Both the position numbers and the translations under genes were made by a program. The notes under the pieces were generated by a model, which did not search any database, was not told the origin of the DNA, and worked only from the letters and a program-made list of their open reading frames with translations. Shown in pieces: positions 1 through 11,220 of a DNA stretch of 64,000 nucleotides. This DNA is from an uncultured Pelagibacteraceae bacterium (GTDB lineage Bacteria; Pseudomonadota; Alphaproteobacteria; Pelagibacterales; Pelagibacteraceae). The DNA lies in contig CACFIH010000001.1 of assembly GCA_902566365.1 (NCBI GenBank), forward strand, positions 40,537-104,536, given 5' to 3'. Numbering within the stretch: the stretch's first letter is position 1; each line of letters starts with the position of its first letter.

Positions 1-787
1 CAAAGCCACATTCAAAGGGATTGTCATTATTATCAAAGTCATTTCCGTAGGATAGAAGGCCACTTTCGATTCTTTCTATAAGATTTGGACAACCAGGTTT
101 TAGATTAAATTCTTCCCCTATTTCAAAGAAATAATCATAAAGATCCAAGCCAGATTGAGTGTTTTCTACATAAACTTCAAATCCTCCTTGTTTAGACCAA
201 CCAGATCTAGCAATTAAATGTTTAACACCTCTAAAATCAAAATAATCAAAACCAAAAAATTTTAATTCATTTATTTTTTTTCCAAAAACTTTTTCCATTA
301 AACTAAATGATTTTGGTCCTTGTATTGCAATTATATCAACATTAGGTTCAAAAATTTGGACTTTAAAATTATTCCCAGATGCAAGACCTTTTGCAAAAAA
401 AATAACATCTGAGTCGGCAATAGATATCCACCATCTATCTTCAGCTAATTTTAAAATTACAGGATCATTTACTAAGTTCCCATTATCATCAATAATTGGA
501 CAATAATAACATCTTCCTATTTTTGACTTCGATAAATCTCTACTAGTCATTAACTGAACAAGTTTTGCAGCATCTTTTCCAGAAATTTCTACTTGTCTTT
601 CAGCTGCCACATCCCAAACTTGAACTTCTTTTTTTAGATGATTGCATGAATCTTCTATAGATCCGAATGCAGCAGGCAACAACATATGATTGTAAACTGT
701 ATATGCTGTAACACCTTGTTTTTCTATTCTTGAAGTATAAGGAGTACTTCTTATTCTCCTTGATTTTGTAATTGGGTAATTTTTCAT
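1..787 (-). CDS. dmdA: DMSP demethylase DmdA (GcvT/aminomethyltransferase family), 3' end runs off the window
   Basis: Not in the ORF track. Manual translation from ATG at 787 gives [43 protein letters not shown]...[14 protein letters not shown]...QGPKS...[14 protein letters not shown]...[18 protein letters not shown], matching the SAR11 DmdA as I recall it. ATGA overlap with the upstream hydrolase; neighbours are dmdB/dmdC-like. Confidence 0.93.
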   Translation of the reverse strand, partial: MKNYPITKSRRIRSTPYTSRIEKQGVTAYTVYNHMLLPAAFGSIEDSCNHLKKEVQVWDVAAERQVEISGKDAAKLVQLMTSRDLSKSKIGRCYYCPIIDDNGNLVNDPVILKLAEDRWWISIADSDVIFFAKGLASGNNFKVQIFEPNVDIIAIQGPKSFSLMEKVFGKKINELKFFGFDYFDFRGVKHLIARSGWSKQGGFEVYVENTQSGLDLYDYFFEIGEEFNLKPGCPNLIERIESGLLSYGNDFDNNDNPFECGF

Positions 788-1560
788 GAATTTAAAAATT
801 TAAGGATCTTTTCTCGCATTTCGAAAGCTTTTTCAATCATAATCATATGCCCACATCCATTAATTACATGTGTCTTAGAATTTTCTAATAAATCTGAAAA
901 TTTTTTTCCTACTTCTAAATTAACCATCTTATCTAATTCTCCCAAAATTAGTAACGTAGGCAAGTTTATTGTTTTTGCAGCCTCAGAACCATTAGAATAA
1001 TTATTACATGCTTTTAAATCGACTGCTAATATTTCACTTATATCTCTCGGTGACTGAATTATTTTTTCTACCGGATTTCCACCTATAAATTTTTTTGAAC
1101 CCTCATAACCCCATTTCATCATTAATTTTACAGCGTCAGAGTCTCCATTTTGTGCTAAGTCTATTAAATCAGGATGAACAGGCATTTTGTTTGAACCTCC
1201 AATAAAAACTAATTTCTTTAATCTTTCTTTGTATTTGAAAGCATACTCAAGTATCTCTAAACAACCTTGAGAATGGCCAATCAAAATAAGGTTTTTTAAA
1301 TTTAATTTTTTGAATAATTTTTCTAACCAATCAGCAATTTTTTCAATACTATCTAAACAAGGCCCTTCTGAATTTCCATGTCCAGGTAAATCTACTGATA
1401 ATACATTAAAATTTTTATTTGAAAAAAATTGTTCAGTAAGAGACCAAACTATATGTGAAAGTCCACTACCATGCAAAAATACAATGGTTTCTTTCTGAGG
1501 ATCTATTCCTTGGCCTGCATCAGATGCATGAATATTTTTATTTTCTATTTGGAATATCAA
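784..1560 (-). CDS. Alpha/beta-fold hydrolase in the dmd cluster
   Basis: HGSG oxyanion motif, GHSQG nucleophile elbow, GELD Asp, GCGH His. Confidence 0.88.
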   Translation of the reverse strand: MIFQIENKNIHASDAGQGIDPQKETIVFLHGSGLSHIVWSLTEQFFSNKNFNVLSVDLPGHGNSEGPCLDSIEKIADWLEKLFKKLNLKNLILIGHSQGCLEILEYAFKYKERLKKLVFIGGSNKMPVHPDLIDLAQNGDSDAVKLMMKWGYEGSKKFIGGNPVEKIIQSPRDISEILAVDLKACNNYSNGSEAAKTINLPTLLILGELDKMVNLEVGKKFSDLLENSKTHVINGCGHMIMIEKAFEMREKILKFLNS

Positions 1561-1568
1561 TTATTTAC

Positions 1569-3185
1569 CTAAAATTTTTTTCTAAGCTCAAACTTCTGAA
1601 TTTTACCAGTTGAAGTTTTGGGTAAATCACAAAAAACTACTTGTTTTGGAACCTTAAATCCAGCAAGAGTTTCTTTGCAAAAACTTATTAGTTCTTTTTC
1701 TGTTACAGGTTTGTCTTTAACCGTTTCAATAAAGGCACAAGGTACTTCGCCCCATTTATCATCTGGCTTAGCCACTACTGCTGCGATAGATACTGAAGGA
1801 TGTTTTGCTAAAGTATTCTCTATTTCAATCGAAGATATATTTTCACCTCCTGAGATTATAATGTCTTTAGACCTGTCTTGAATTTTAACATATCCATCAG
1901 GATGCATTACAGCTAAATCTCCAGAATGAAACCACCCACCATTCATAGCTTTGGATGTTGCATCTTTATCTTTAAAATATCCCTTCATGACAATATTTCC
2001 TTTGATCATGATTTCTCCGATTGTTTTTCCATCTTTAGGTACTTCTCTCATTGTTTCTGGGTTCATAACTGCTATACCCTCAGTGTTTGGATACCTTACT
2101 CCTTGTCTTGCTTTAATTTCATTTTGTTTCTCTTCATCAAATTGATTCCAAGCATCATTCCAAGCACATTGAGTAACATGTCCATAAGTTTCTGTTAATC
2201 CATAAACATGCATCACTTCAAAACCTAGCTCATTCATTTTTTTAAATATGATACTTGGTGGTGGTGCTCCAGCAGTGAGCACATAAACTTTTTGTTTTAA
2301 TTTTTTTCTATCAGTCTCAGGCGCGCCAGTAATCATATTCAGTACAATTGGTGCTCCACCAAAATGAGTAACATCATATTTATCAATTAATTCAAATATT
2401 TTTTTAACATCAATATTTCTTAAACATATAGTCCTTCCATTTAACATAGGTATAGTCCATGGGTAACCCCAACCATTACAATGAAACATTGGAACAATAG
2501 TTAAAAAATTTAATCTATTTGGCATATTCCAAGCAACTGCACTTCCAGTAGACATTAAGTATGATCCCCTGTGATGATAGACAACACCCTTTGGATTTCC
2601 TGTAGTACCAGATGTATAACTCAATGAAATTGCTTGCCATTCATCCTCTGGCATTTTCCAATCATAATTTTCATCACCAGTATTCAAAAAACTTTCATAT
2701 TCTAATTCACCGATTTTCTCACACTTAGATTGATCTGCAAATTTGTCATTAATATCGATTATTATAATTTTTTTTTTTATGGTTCTTAAGGCCTTTTTAA
2801 CCTCTACATGAAGTTGTCTATCAACAACTAATACTTTTGCTTCACTGTGATCTAAAATATAAGCGATTGTTTTAGCATCTAGTCTAATATTGATAGTATT
2901 TAACACTGCTCCTGTCATTGGCACTGAATAATGACCTTCAAAAATTTCAGGAGTATTAAAAGCCAAAAAAGAAACTGTATCGCCTTTTCCAACACCAATT
3001 TTATTAAGTGCACTAGCAAATTTAACTGTCCTTTTATAAACCTGATCCCAAGTATATTTACGGTCCTCATAAATAACTGCTTCATAATTTGGATAAATTT
3101 CTTTAGCTCTTTTTAGGAAAGTCAGAGGAGTTAAAGGAACATAATTTGCGTTATTTTTATCCAAATTAGTGTCGTAATGACTCAT
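1569..3185 (-). CDS. dmdB: Acyl-CoA synthetase, probable 3-methylmercaptopropionate-CoA ligase
   Basis: YTSGTTGNPKG AMP-binding motif, YGLTE, GWFHSGD, PKTSTGKIQK; sits beside dmdA. Confidence 0.82.
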   Translation of the reverse strand: MSHYDTNLDKNNANYVPLTPLTFLKRAKEIYPNYEAVIYEDRKYTWDQVYKRTVKFASALNKIGVGKGDTVSFLAFNTPEIFEGHYSVPMTGAVLNTINIRLDAKTIAYILDHSEAKVLVVDRQLHVEVKKALRTIKKKIIIIDINDKFADQSKCEKIGELEYESFLNTGDENYDWKMPEDEWQAISLSYTSGTTGNPKGVVYHHRGSYLMSTGSAVAWNMPNRLNFLTIVPMFHCNGWGYPWTIPMLNGRTICLRNIDVKKIFELIDKYDVTHFGGAPIVLNMITGAPETDRKKLKQKVYVLTAGAPPPSIIFKKMNELGFEVMHVYGLTETYGHVTQCAWNDAWNQFDEEKQNEIKARQGVRYPNTEGIAVMNPETMREVPKDGKTIGEIMIKGNIVMKGYFKDKDATSKAMNGGWFHSGDLAVMHPDGYVKIQDRSKDIIISGGENISSIEIENTLAKHPSVSIAAVVAKPDDKWGEVPCAFIETVKDKPVTEKELISFCKETLAGFKVPKQVVFCDLPKTSTGKIQKFELRKKF

Positions 3186-3186
3186 T

Positions 3187-4950
3187 TTAGTTAAATCTGA
3201 AATTCATTAAATTTGAACTACCAGAGGTACCTGACTTATAATGTTGTTCAACCCTTGGTAATACTTTGTCAAAGTAAAATCTTGCAGTATTTATTTTATC
3301 ATCATAGAAGTTTTTATTTTCATTATAATCTTCGAAGCTTACCTCTAAAACCTTAATCCATGCATACGCAATAGACACATAACCTAAAGTTTTTAAATAA
3401 TCGTTTGCAGCTGCACTCACATCATCTTTTTCTGTTTTTGCTCTATCCATCATCCAATCACTAAATTTTTTCAATACACTCAGATGATTATTAAATTCTG
3501 ATACAAATGGTTTAATTTTTTCATTGTTAGAATTACATTCAGATTTTACCTTGTCTAAAAACTTATTGATTATACTCCCGTTTTTATTTGATAATTTTCT
3601 AAAAACTAGATCAGCAGCTTGAACTGAATTAGTCCCCTCATATATGGGTGTAATTCTGTTATCTCTATATAATTGTTCTATTCCCTGATCTTTTGTATAC
3701 CCATAGCCTCCATAAATTTGCATTGCATCACTGGTTATTTCCATTGCCAAGTCTGTAAATAATGATTTAACCACAGGAGTCATCAGAGAAACATAATCAG
3801 ACGCCTCTTGACGAACTTTTTCATTTGGATGATACAAACTAACTTCAGTCTGTTGAGATAACCAGAAACATAAAGCTCTCTCACCTTCTATAATTGATTT
3901 CATATTTAATAATGTTCTTCTAATATCTGCATGTTCAATAATTAAATCAGCTCCATTTTTTGATTTCGTCTTATTTGTTTTTCCTTGTTTTCTTTCTTTT
4001 GCATATGATAGAGAGTTTTGGTAAGCAATTTCTGAAATACCTAGTCCTTGAATACCAACAACTATTCTCTCAAGGTTCATCATCGTAAACATAGCACTCA
4101 AACCTTTTTCTTTATCACCAATCATATATCCAGTGGCGTCATCAAAATTTAAAACGCAAGTAGCTGATCCTTTTATACCCATCTTAGTTTCTATGGATCC
4201 TGTTGAAATTCCATTTCTAGGTCCTATAGTTCCATCATCTTTAACAATAAATTTAGGTACTAAAAATAAACTTATTCCTTTTGTTCCATCAGGAGAATCA
4301 TCAGCTCTTGCTAAAACTAAATGAATTATATTTTCAGTAAGATCATGATCGCCAGAAGTAATAAAGATTTTTTGACCAGTTAATTTATAAGTTCCATCAG
4401 ATTGTTTTTTTGCTTTAGTTTTAAGTAAACCTAGGTCAGTTCCACACACCGGCTCTGTTAAGCACATTGTACCGCTCCATTTACCTTCAACTATTTTTGG
4501 TAAATATTTATTCTTAATATCGTCTGTAGCATGATGATTTATACAATTATACGCACCAATACTAAGTTCACTATAAAGTTTAAATGAAAGACTAGCTGAG
4601 GATAACATCTCATCAAAAAAAGCGCTTACTGTTTTTGGCATTCCTTGTCCTCCATATTTTGGATCACAAGATAATGATGTCCATCCATCCTCAATATATT
4701 TTGTATATGCTTCCTTGTAACCAGGAGGAGTTCGAACGACCCCATTTTCTAAAACTGCTGGATTTTCGTCTCCAGCTTTTGCAAGTGGCAATATAAGATT
4801 TTGATTTATCTTTGCTGCTTCCTGCAAAATATCTTTTACAAGATCTGGGCTTACATCTTTATATTTTTCTAATTCATTATAATTCTTATTGTTTCTCAAT
4901 TTTTCAAAAAGAAACATCATATCTTCTACAGGGGCTGTATAGCTTGGCAT
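3187..4950 (-). CDS. dmdC: Acyl-CoA dehydrogenase, probable MMPA-CoA dehydrogenase
   Basis: GTMCLTEP, KIFITSG, QIYGGYGY and IYEGTN motifs; 587-aa DmdC-type length; dmd context. Confidence 0.82.
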   Translation of the reverse strand: MPSYTAPVEDMMFLFEKLRNNKNYNELEKYKDVSPDLVKDILQEAAKINQNLILPLAKAGDENPAVLENGVVRTPPGYKEAYTKYIEDGWTSLSCDPKYGGQGMPKTVSAFFDEMLSSASLSFKLYSELSIGAYNCINHHATDDIKNKYLPKIVEGKWSGTMCLTEPVCGTDLGLLKTKAKKQSDGTYKLTGQKIFITSGDHDLTENIIHLVLARADDSPDGTKGISLFLVPKFIVKDDGTIGPRNGISTGSIETKMGIKGSATCVLNFDDATGYMIGDKEKGLSAMFTMMNLERIVVGIQGLGISEIAYQNSLSYAKERKQGKTNKTKSKNGADLIIEHADIRRTLLNMKSIIEGERALCFWLSQQTEVSLYHPNEKVRQEASDYVSLMTPVVKSLFTDLAMEITSDAMQIYGGYGYTKDQGIEQLYRDNRITPIYEGTNSVQAADLVFRKLSNKNGSIINKFLDKVKSECNSNNEKIKPFVSEFNNHLSVLKKFSDWMMDRAKTEKDDVSAAANDYLKTLGYVSIAYAWIKVLEVSFEDYNENKNFYDDKINTARFYFDKVLPRVEQHYKSGTSGSSNLMNFRFN

Positions 4951-4976
4951 AAAATTAGTTTAAAATAATTAATTGA

Positions 4977-6083
4977 TTATTGCAATTTTGAAATTATCGC
5001 ATCACCCATTTGGGATGTGGAAACTTCCTTCGTTCCATTGGATAAAATATCTTTCGTTCTCAATCCATCATTTAGTACGTCTTGTACTGCTTTTTCTAGT
5101 GCTTCAGCCTCTTTATCTAAATCTAAAGAATACCTTAAAGCCATAGCAAAACTCAATATTGTTGCGATAGGATTTGCGATACCTTTTCCAGTAATATCCG
5201 GTGCAGATCCATGGATAGGTTCATACATGGCTCTCATCTCACCATCTTTATTTTTTGCTCCCAATGATGCGGAAGGTAAAAGACCTAATGAGCCTGTCAA
5301 CATAGATGCTTGATCTGATAACATATCTCCAAACAAATTATCTGTTACTATAACATCGAATTGTTTTGGATTTCTAAGTAGTTGCATTGCACAATTATCA
5401 GCAAGCATATGACTTAATCCTACATCTTTATATTCTTTATCATGTAAAGCTTGAACTTCTTCTTTCCAAAGTTGACCCGCTTCCATCACATTTGATTTTT
5501 CACATGAAGTAACTTTATTAGATCTTTTTTTTGCTAAATCAAAAGCAATTCTTGCTACTCTAATTATCTCACTGCTTGTATAAGTGTGAGTATTAATTCC
5601 TTTTCTTTCACCGTTTTCTATAGGTTTGATTCCCCTTGGTTCTCCAAAATATATTCCTCCTGTTAATTCTCTTACAATCATAATATCTAAACCAGAAACG
5701 ATTTCTGGTTTAAGAGTTGATGCATCAACTAACTGTTTAAAACATATTGCAGGCCTTAGATTTGCAAAAAGCTTTAACTCTTTTCTTAATTTTAAAAGTG
5801 CTCTCTCAGGTTTTTTTGAAAACTCAACATTATCCCATTTAGGTCCACCTACAGCGCCTAACATAACTACTGCGCTCTCTAATGCTTTATAAAAAACTTC
5901 ATCAGTAATTGGGGTACCATATTTGTCGTAAGAACACCCGCCTGCTAGATCCTCATCTATTTCAAAATCTAGAGATTTTTTATCATTAAACCAATTAATT
6001 ATTTTTTTTACTTCACCTATGACTTCAGGCCCAATTCCATCACCAGGGAGTAATAATATTTTTCTTTTTTTTACTTTAATCAT
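4977..6083 (-). CDS. leuB: 3-isopropylmalate dehydrogenase
   Basis: [29 protein letters not shown] motifs. Confidence 0.97.
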   Translation of the reverse strand: MIKVKKRKILLLPGDGIGPEVIGEVKKIINWFNDKKSLDFEIDEDLAGGCSYDKYGTPITDEVFYKALESAVVMLGAVGGPKWDNVEFSKKPERALLKLRKELKLFANLRPAICFKQLVDASTLKPEIVSGLDIMIVRELTGGIYFGEPRGIKPIENGERKGINTHTYTSSEIIRVARIAFDLAKKRSNKVTSCEKSNVMEAGQLWKEEVQALHDKEYKDVGLSHMLADNCAMQLLRNPKQFDVIVTDNLFGDMLSDQASMLTGSLGLLPSASLGAKNKDGEMRAMYEPIHGSAPDITGKGIANPIATILSFAMALRYSLDLDKEAEALEKAVQDVLNDGLRTKDILSNGTKEVSTSQMGDAIISKLQ

Positions 6084-6681
6084 TAATTACCCATGGTTTT
6101 TGATTCTTTAAATTTTTTTCAAAATTTTCAATTTTATCGGATTTTTTTAAAGATAACGCGATATCATCAAGTCCTTCAAGAAGACATTTTTTTTTAAAAG
6201 AGTCTACGTTAAATTTTATCTCATTATTTCCATAGATTATTTTTTCCTCACTCAAATCAATTGAAATTTCTTCTTTCCTATTTGCATACTCTGATAACTC
6301 TTTAATTTTCTCTTCATCAAGAACAATAGGTAAAATTCCATTTTTAAAACAATTACTAAAAAAAATATCAGCAAAACTAGAACTGATAACGCAAGTGATA
6401 CCAAAATCTAATAATGCCCACGGAGCATGTTCTCTAGATGATCCACAACCAAAATTCTTTCCTGCAATTAATATTTTCGAATTATTAAAAGGACTTTGAT
6501 TTAAAATAAAATCATTAATAACACTACCTTTTTCATCATATCTCATTTCATAAAATAAATTTTTGCCAAGGCCTGTTCTTTTAATTGTTTTTAGAAATTG
6601 TTTTGGAATGATCATATCTGTATCAATATTTACTATTGGTAAATATGCAGGAATACTTTTTAATGTTGTAAATTTTTGCAT
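6076..6681 (-). CDS. leuD: 3-isopropylmalate dehydratase small subunit
   Basis: [26 protein letters not shown]. Confidence 0.97.
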   Translation of the reverse strand: MQKFTTLKSIPAYLPIVNIDTDMIIPKQFLKTIKRTGLGKNLFYEMRYDEKGSVINDFILNQSPFNNSKILIAGKNFGCGSSREHAPWALLDFGITCVISSSFADIFFSNCFKNGILPIVLDEEKIKELSEYANRKEEISIDLSEEKIIYGNNEIKFNVDSFKKKCLLEGLDDIALSLKKSDKIENFEKNLKNQKPWVIND

Positions 6682-8084
6682 TAGTTTTGATACTTTCTTA
6701 CATCATCTAAATTTCCTGAAATTGCAGCTGCAGCTGCCATTCCTGGACTTACAAGGTGAGTTCTGCCACCTCTGCCTTGTCTTCCTTCAAAATTTCTATT
6801 TGAAGTTGAGGCACATCTCTCCTCCGGCTTTAATTTATCTGCATTCATTGCCAAACACATTGAACAACCAGGTTCTCTCCATTCAAATCCTGAATTAACA
6901 AAAATTTTATCTAAACCTTCCTGTTCAGCTTGCTCTTTAACTAATCCAGATCCTGGTACTACCATTGCATGAACGTGCGAGGCAATTTTTTTATCTTTTA
7001 AAATTTTTGCTGCTTCTCTTAAATCCTCTATTCTCCCATTAGTACAGCTACCAATAAAAACCTTATCTATTTTTATGTCTCTAGCTGCCATATCTGGCTT
7101 TAGACCCATATATTTTAAAGCTCTTTCTATTGAATTCTTTTTATCTTCATCTTTCTCAGAATTTGGATTTGGAACTTTACCATCAATTGTAATAACATCT
7201 TGAGGTGAAGTTCCCCAAGTTATCATTGGCAAAATTTCTTTGGCTTCTAAACTAATTTCTTTGTCAAATGTTGCATTATCGTCTGATTTTAAATTTTTCC
7301 AATATTCAAGAGCTTTGTCCCATTTTTCACCTTTTGGTGACATTGGTTTTCCATCTAAATATTTAAATATTTTTTCGTCTGGTGCTATTAATCCTGCTCG
7401 AGCTCCACCTTCAATAGTCATGTTACATATAGTCATTCTTTGTTCAACACTTAAAGATCTAATTAAATCACCAGCATATTCAACAACACATCCAGTACCG
7501 CCAGCAGTTCCTATTTTTCCAATTATTTGTAAAATCACATCTTTTGAAGTAACTCCTAATGGAAGTTTTCCATTCACATTTATTCTAAAATTTTTTGCTT
7601 TTTTTTGAACCAATGTTTGTGTTGCTAATACATGCTCTACTTCTGATGTTCCAATTCCAAATGCTAAAGCCCCAAAAGCACCATGGGTCGCCGTGTGACT
7701 ATCTCCACATACAATCACTGTACCTGGTTGAGTAAAACCTTGCTCTGGACCAATAATATGAACAATACCTTGTCTCTTATCATTCATTCCAAAAAGTTGA
7801 ATACCAAATTCTTTACAATTATTTTCTAGAGTATCAACTTGAATTTTGGACTCTTGATCAGCAATTCCATTAGTTCTATCAGTTGTTGGAACATTATGAT
7901 CTGCTACTGCTAAAGTCAAATTTGGATGTCTTACTTTTCTTTTTGAGTTTCTAAGACCTTCAAATGCCTGTGGGCTGGTTACTTCATGAACAAGATGCCT
8001 ATCTACAAAAAGTAAGGCTGTACCATCAACTTGTTGATCAACCAAGTGGTCATTCCAAATTTTATCGTAAAGTGTATTAGACAT
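6681..8084 (-). CDS. leuC: 3-isopropylmalate dehydratase large subunit
   Basis: [41 protein letters not shown]. Confidence 0.98.
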   Translation of the reverse strand: MSNTLYDKIWNDHLVDQQVDGTALLFVDRHLVHEVTSPQAFEGLRNSKRKVRHPNLTLAVADHNVPTTDRTNGIADQESKIQVDTLENNCKEFGIQLFGMNDKRQGIVHIIGPEQGFTQPGTVIVCGDSHTATHGAFGALAFGIGTSEVEHVLATQTLVQKKAKNFRINVNGKLPLGVTSKDVILQIIGKIGTAGGTGCVVEYAGDLIRSLSVEQRMTICNMTIEGGARAGLIAPDEKIFKYLDGKPMSPKGEKWDKALEYWKNLKSDDNATFDKEISLEAKEILPMITWGTSPQDVITIDGKVPNPNSEKDEDKKNSIERALKYMGLKPDMAARDIKIDKVFIGSCTNGRIEDLREAAKILKDKKIASHVHAMVVPGSGLVKEQAEQEGLDKIFVNSGFEWREPGCSMCLAMNADKLKPEERCASTSNRNFEGRQGRGGRTHLVSPGMAAAAAISGNLDDVRKYQN

Positions 8085-8095
8085 TGAAAAAAAAG

Positions 8096-8602
8096 TTATT
8101 TTTTTTCTGTTAAGCTTTCTGTTTTCTTCTGAACTTCTGCTTTAGGAGCTTCCTCTTTTATAGCTTCTGGCTCTGGAGCAACTGATGCTAAATTTTCTTC
8201 AGTAACTGTTTCAGGTTTTACATCAACATCTATACCAATTTTTTTTCTAATTTTTTCTGCAATCCTCGCTGATTTACCTGTTCTATCTCTTAAATAATAT
8301 AATTTTGCTCTTCTTACTTTTCCTGAACGAATTACTTTAATTGAGTCTATGACTGTTCCAAATAATGGGAAAGTTCTTTCTACACCTTCTCCAAAAGAAA
8401 TTTTTCTTACTGTAAATGAAGAATTTATATCTCTACTTTTTTTTGCAATACAAACACCTTCGAAATATTGAATTCTCTCTTTTTTACCTTCGGTTATTCT
8501 TACACCAACTTTAACTACATCCCCTGGAAAAAAATCAGGAATTTTCTTCTCAGAAAGAATTTTCTTAACACTATGTTGATTTATTTCTTCAATCGTTTTC
8601 AT
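8096..8602 (-). CDS. rplS: 50S ribosomal protein L19 with an acidic C-terminal extension (start at the ATG at 8602)
   Basis: [29 protein letters not shown]. Confidence 0.96.
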   Translation of the reverse strand: MKTIEEINQHSVKKILSEKKIPDFFPGDVVKVGVRITEGKKERIQYFEGVCIAKKSRDINSSFTVRKISFGEGVERTFPLFGTVIDSIKVIRSGKVRRAKLYYLRDRTGKSARIAEKIRKKIGIDVDVKPETVTEENLASVAPEPEAIKEEAPKAEVQKKTESLTEKK

Positions 8603-8618
8603 TTTAATATTTAACAAT

Positions 8619-9305
8619 TTAATTTTTTTTATATTTTTGCCACAAATCTGGTCTTCGGACGCGTGTTATAGCCTCAGATTGAGATAAACGCCAGTCTTTA
8701 ATTTTAGCGTGATCCCCTGATAATAACACGTCTGGTACCGATTTTTGCTCCCAAATCTGTGGTTTTGTGAATTGAGGATATTCTAAGAGACCATTTTCAA
8801 AAGTTTCCTCAGTAGCTGATTTTTCATTACCTAAAACTCCGGGTAAAAGTCTAAGTACACTGTCAAGAACTACAAAAGCAGCGCTTTCACCACCTGACAA
8901 TACATAATCTCCTATGCTTAATTCCTCAATATTTCTAGTAGACAAAACTCTCTCATCAACACCTTCAAAATGACCACAAATTAGAGAAAATGACTTTTCT
9001 TTAGATAAATCCTGAGCGAGCTTTTGATCAAACATTTTACCTTTAGGTGAAAGATAAAAAATTCTATCTCCTTTATTTAAGTTTTGATCGATTGAATTAG
9101 CTAAAACATCAGGTTTAAGTAACATTCCTGTTCCACCACCATACGGTGTATCATCAACAGTTTTATGTTTATCAGTTGCTGCGTCTCTAATATTTATCAC
9201 ATTTAAACTCCACAATTTTTTAGCCATCGCTTTCCCATAAAGACCTTTGTCTAAAGGTCCAGGAAAAATGTCTGGATAAAGTGTAAATACTTGGGCTTGC
9301 AACAT
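8619..9305 (-). CDS. trmD: tRNA (guanine-N1)-methyltransferase
   Basis: [34 protein letters not shown]. Confidence 0.97.
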   Translation of the reverse strand: MLQAQVFTLYPDIFPGPLDKGLYGKAMAKKLWSLNVINIRDAATDKHKTVDDTPYGGGTGMLLKPDVLANSIDQNLNKGDRIFYLSPKGKMFDQKLAQDLSKEKSFSLICGHFEGVDERVLSTRNIEELSIGDYVLSGGESAAFVVLDSVLRLLPGVLGNEKSATEETFENGLLEYPQFTKPQIWEQKSVPDVLLSGDHAKIKDWRLSQSEAITRVRRPDLWQKYKKN

Positions 9306-9319
9306 TAATATCCTTTACT

Positions 9320-9844
9320 TTATTTCTTATCTTCCTTTTTAGCCTCTGCTTTTGGAGCTTCTTCCTTTTTAGCCTCTGCTTTTGGAGCTTCTTCCTTTTT
9401 AGCCTCTGCTTTTGGAGCTTCTTCCTTTTTAGCCTCTGCTTTTGGAGCTTCTTCCTTTTTAGCCTCTGCTTTTGGAGCTTCTTCCTTTTTAGCCTCTGCT
9501 TTTGGAGCTTCTTCCTTTTTAGCCTCTTCAGAACCTTCTTTTTTTCTATCTTTTTTTGGAATTGCTTTTTGTGGATTATTTCCATTAGCAGGCATAGGCA
9601 TCAGCTCATTCTCACCTAAAATTCTAGCTACTCTTGTTGTAGGTTGCGCACCTTGACTCAACCAGTATTTTATTCTTTCAGCCTCTAATCCAATTCTTTC
9701 CTTTTTTTCCTTTGGTAGCAGTGGATTAAAAAAACCTACTTTTTCTATAAACCTGCCATCTCTAGCAAATCGACTGTCAGCTACAACAACCTTATAAACA
9801 GGCCTTTTCTTTGTGCCGCCTCGTGATAATCTTAGTTTTAACAT
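9320..9844 (-). CDS. rpsP: 30S ribosomal protein S16 with a repetitive C-terminal tail
   Basis: [17 protein letters not shown]...[14 protein letters not shown]; GGAG Shine-Dalgarno upstream. Confidence 0.97.
   Translation of the reverse strand: MLKLRLSRGGTKKRPVYKVVVADSRFARDGRFIEKVGFFNPLLPKEKKERIGLEAERIKYWLSQGAQPTTRVARILGENELMPMPANGNNPQKAIPKKDRKKEGSEEAKKEEAPKAEAKKEEAPKAEAKKEEAPKAEAKKEEAPKAEAKKEEAPKAEAKKEEAPKAEAKKEDKK
9331..9527. repeat. Perfect 30-bp tandem repeat, 6 full copies plus a 17-bp partial, encoding [10 protein letters not shown] units in rpsP
   Basis: cttcctttttagcctctgcttttggagctt repeats at 9331, 9361, 9391, 9421, 9451 and 9481, with a partial copy at 9511. Confidence 0.97.
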
Positions 9845-9858
9845 TTACTCTCCTTTTT

Positions 9859-11217
9859 TTATTTTAGTTGATTAAATAATTCTGGAGGTATTCCTTTATT
9901 AGACATACCTTTCAGATCTCCTTTAGACATCTTTTTCATCATTTCGGACATCATTTTAAATTGTTTCAACAATTTATTGATAGTGGCTGGATCTGTTCCT
10001 GAACCATTAGCAATTCTTTTTTTTCTAGAACCATCAATTATTTTTGGGTTCTCTCTTTCTTTTCTTGTCATTGATAAAATTATAGCTTCGTTTTTTGTAA
10101 TAACACTCTCATCGATACCAGCTGCATCCATTTGAGATTTAACTTTTGAAACTCCTGGCATGAAAGACATGATACCTTCGATCCCTCCCATTTTTTTCAT
10201 TTGTCTCAGTTGAGTTAAATAATCTTGCATTGAAAACTGTCCTTTTTTTAAATTTTCCTCTGTTTTTTTTATATTTTCTTCTCCAAGATCTTGAGCTGCT
10301 TTTTCAACAAGAGAAACAATATCTCCCATCCCAAGAATTCTATTTGCAATTCTATCTGGATGAAAAACTTCAAGATTTTCAATCTTCTCACCAATACCTA
10401 AAAATTTGATTGGGACCTGTGAAACAAATTTCATACTTACAGCAGCTCCACCTCTAGCATCCCCATCTGCTCTTGTTAAAATAATTCCAGATAAATTTAC
10501 TGTATTATTAAATTCTTTTGCAACTGATGCAGCTACTTGTCCAGTAAGCGAGTCTGCAACTAAAAACGTCTCTGCTGGTTTGATGGTATTTTCAATTTGT
10601 TTTATTTCACTCATCATCTGTAAATCTATTTGTGTTCTACCAGCAGTATCGAATAAAATAATATCTGCACCATTTAAGTTTGCTGCACTAATTGCTCTTT
10701 GACAAATATCACTAGGTTGTTGACCTTCAATTATTGGAAGAGTTAATATATTATTTTGTTCACCTAAAGATTTTAACTGCTCTTGAGCAGCTGGTCTGTA
10801 AATATCTAAACTGACCATCATTACTTTCTTTTTTTTTGTATTCTCTAAATATCTTGCAAGTTTAGCAGTTGTTGTTGTTTTACCAGAACCTTGCAACCCA
10901 ACCAGCATCATTGGCACTGGTGGTACTGCATTCAAATTTACATCATTATTTTTTTCACCTAAAAGATTAACTAATTCATCATAGACAATCTTTACCACCA
11001 TATCACCAGGTGACGTTGATCTAATAATTTCTTGACCCAAGGCTTTTGGTTTAACTTTTTCAATAAAGTCTTTAGCAACCTCAAGAGACACATCAGCTTC
11101 TAACAAAGCTTGTCTTATTCCTCTCAATCCCTCATCAACCTGATTTCCATCGAGTGATGGGGCTTTTTTTAGAGAAGAAAAAACTTCCTCAAATTTATTT
11201 GTTAAATTTTCAAACAT
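9859..11217 (-). CDS. ffh: Signal recognition particle protein Ffh (start at the ATG at 11217)
   Basis: GLQGSGKTTT, DTAGR, Met-rich M domain; MFENLT start. Confidence 0.97.
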   Translation of the reverse strand: MFENLTNKFEEVFSSLKKAPSLDGNQVDEGLRGIRQALLEADVSLEVAKDFIEKVKPKALGQEIIRSTSPGDMVVKIVYDELVNLLGEKNNDVNLNAVPPVPMMLVGLQGSGKTTTTAKLARYLENTKKKKVMMVSLDIYRPAAQEQLKSLGEQNNILTLPIIEGQQPSDICQRAISAANLNGADIILFDTAGRTQIDLQMMSEIKQIENTIKPAETFLVADSLTGQVAASVAKEFNNTVNLSGIILTRADGDARGGAAVSMKFVSQVPIKFLGIGEKIENLEVFHPDRIANRILGMGDIVSLVEKAAQDLGEENIKKTEENLKKGQFSMQDYLTQLRQMKKMGGIEGIMSFMPGVSKVKSQMDAAGIDESVITKNEAIILSMTRKERENPKIIDGSRKKRIANGSGTDPATINKLLKQFKMMSEMMKKMSKGDLKGMSNKGIPPELFNQLK

Positions 11218-11220
11218 ATT

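Noticed and set aside
1310-7608. Many short plus-strand ORFs opposite the dmd and leu genes, and similar antisense ORFs elsewhere in the track
   Set aside because: They are antisense shadows of well-supported genes and show no recognisable motifs.
8085-8095. Leucine attenuator upstream of leuC
   Set aside because: Only 11 nt separate rplS and leuC, with no leader peptide or hairpin.
9331-9527. Possible CRISPR array (30-bp repeats)
   Set aside because: The repeats are head-to-tail with no spacers, lie in frame within rpsP, and no cas genes are present.
9220-9585. 121-aa ORF of [10 protein letters not shown] repeats
   Set aside because: It is an alternative frame of the 30-bp rpsP repeat and overlaps rpsP and trmD; it stays open only because the repeat unit has no stop codon.
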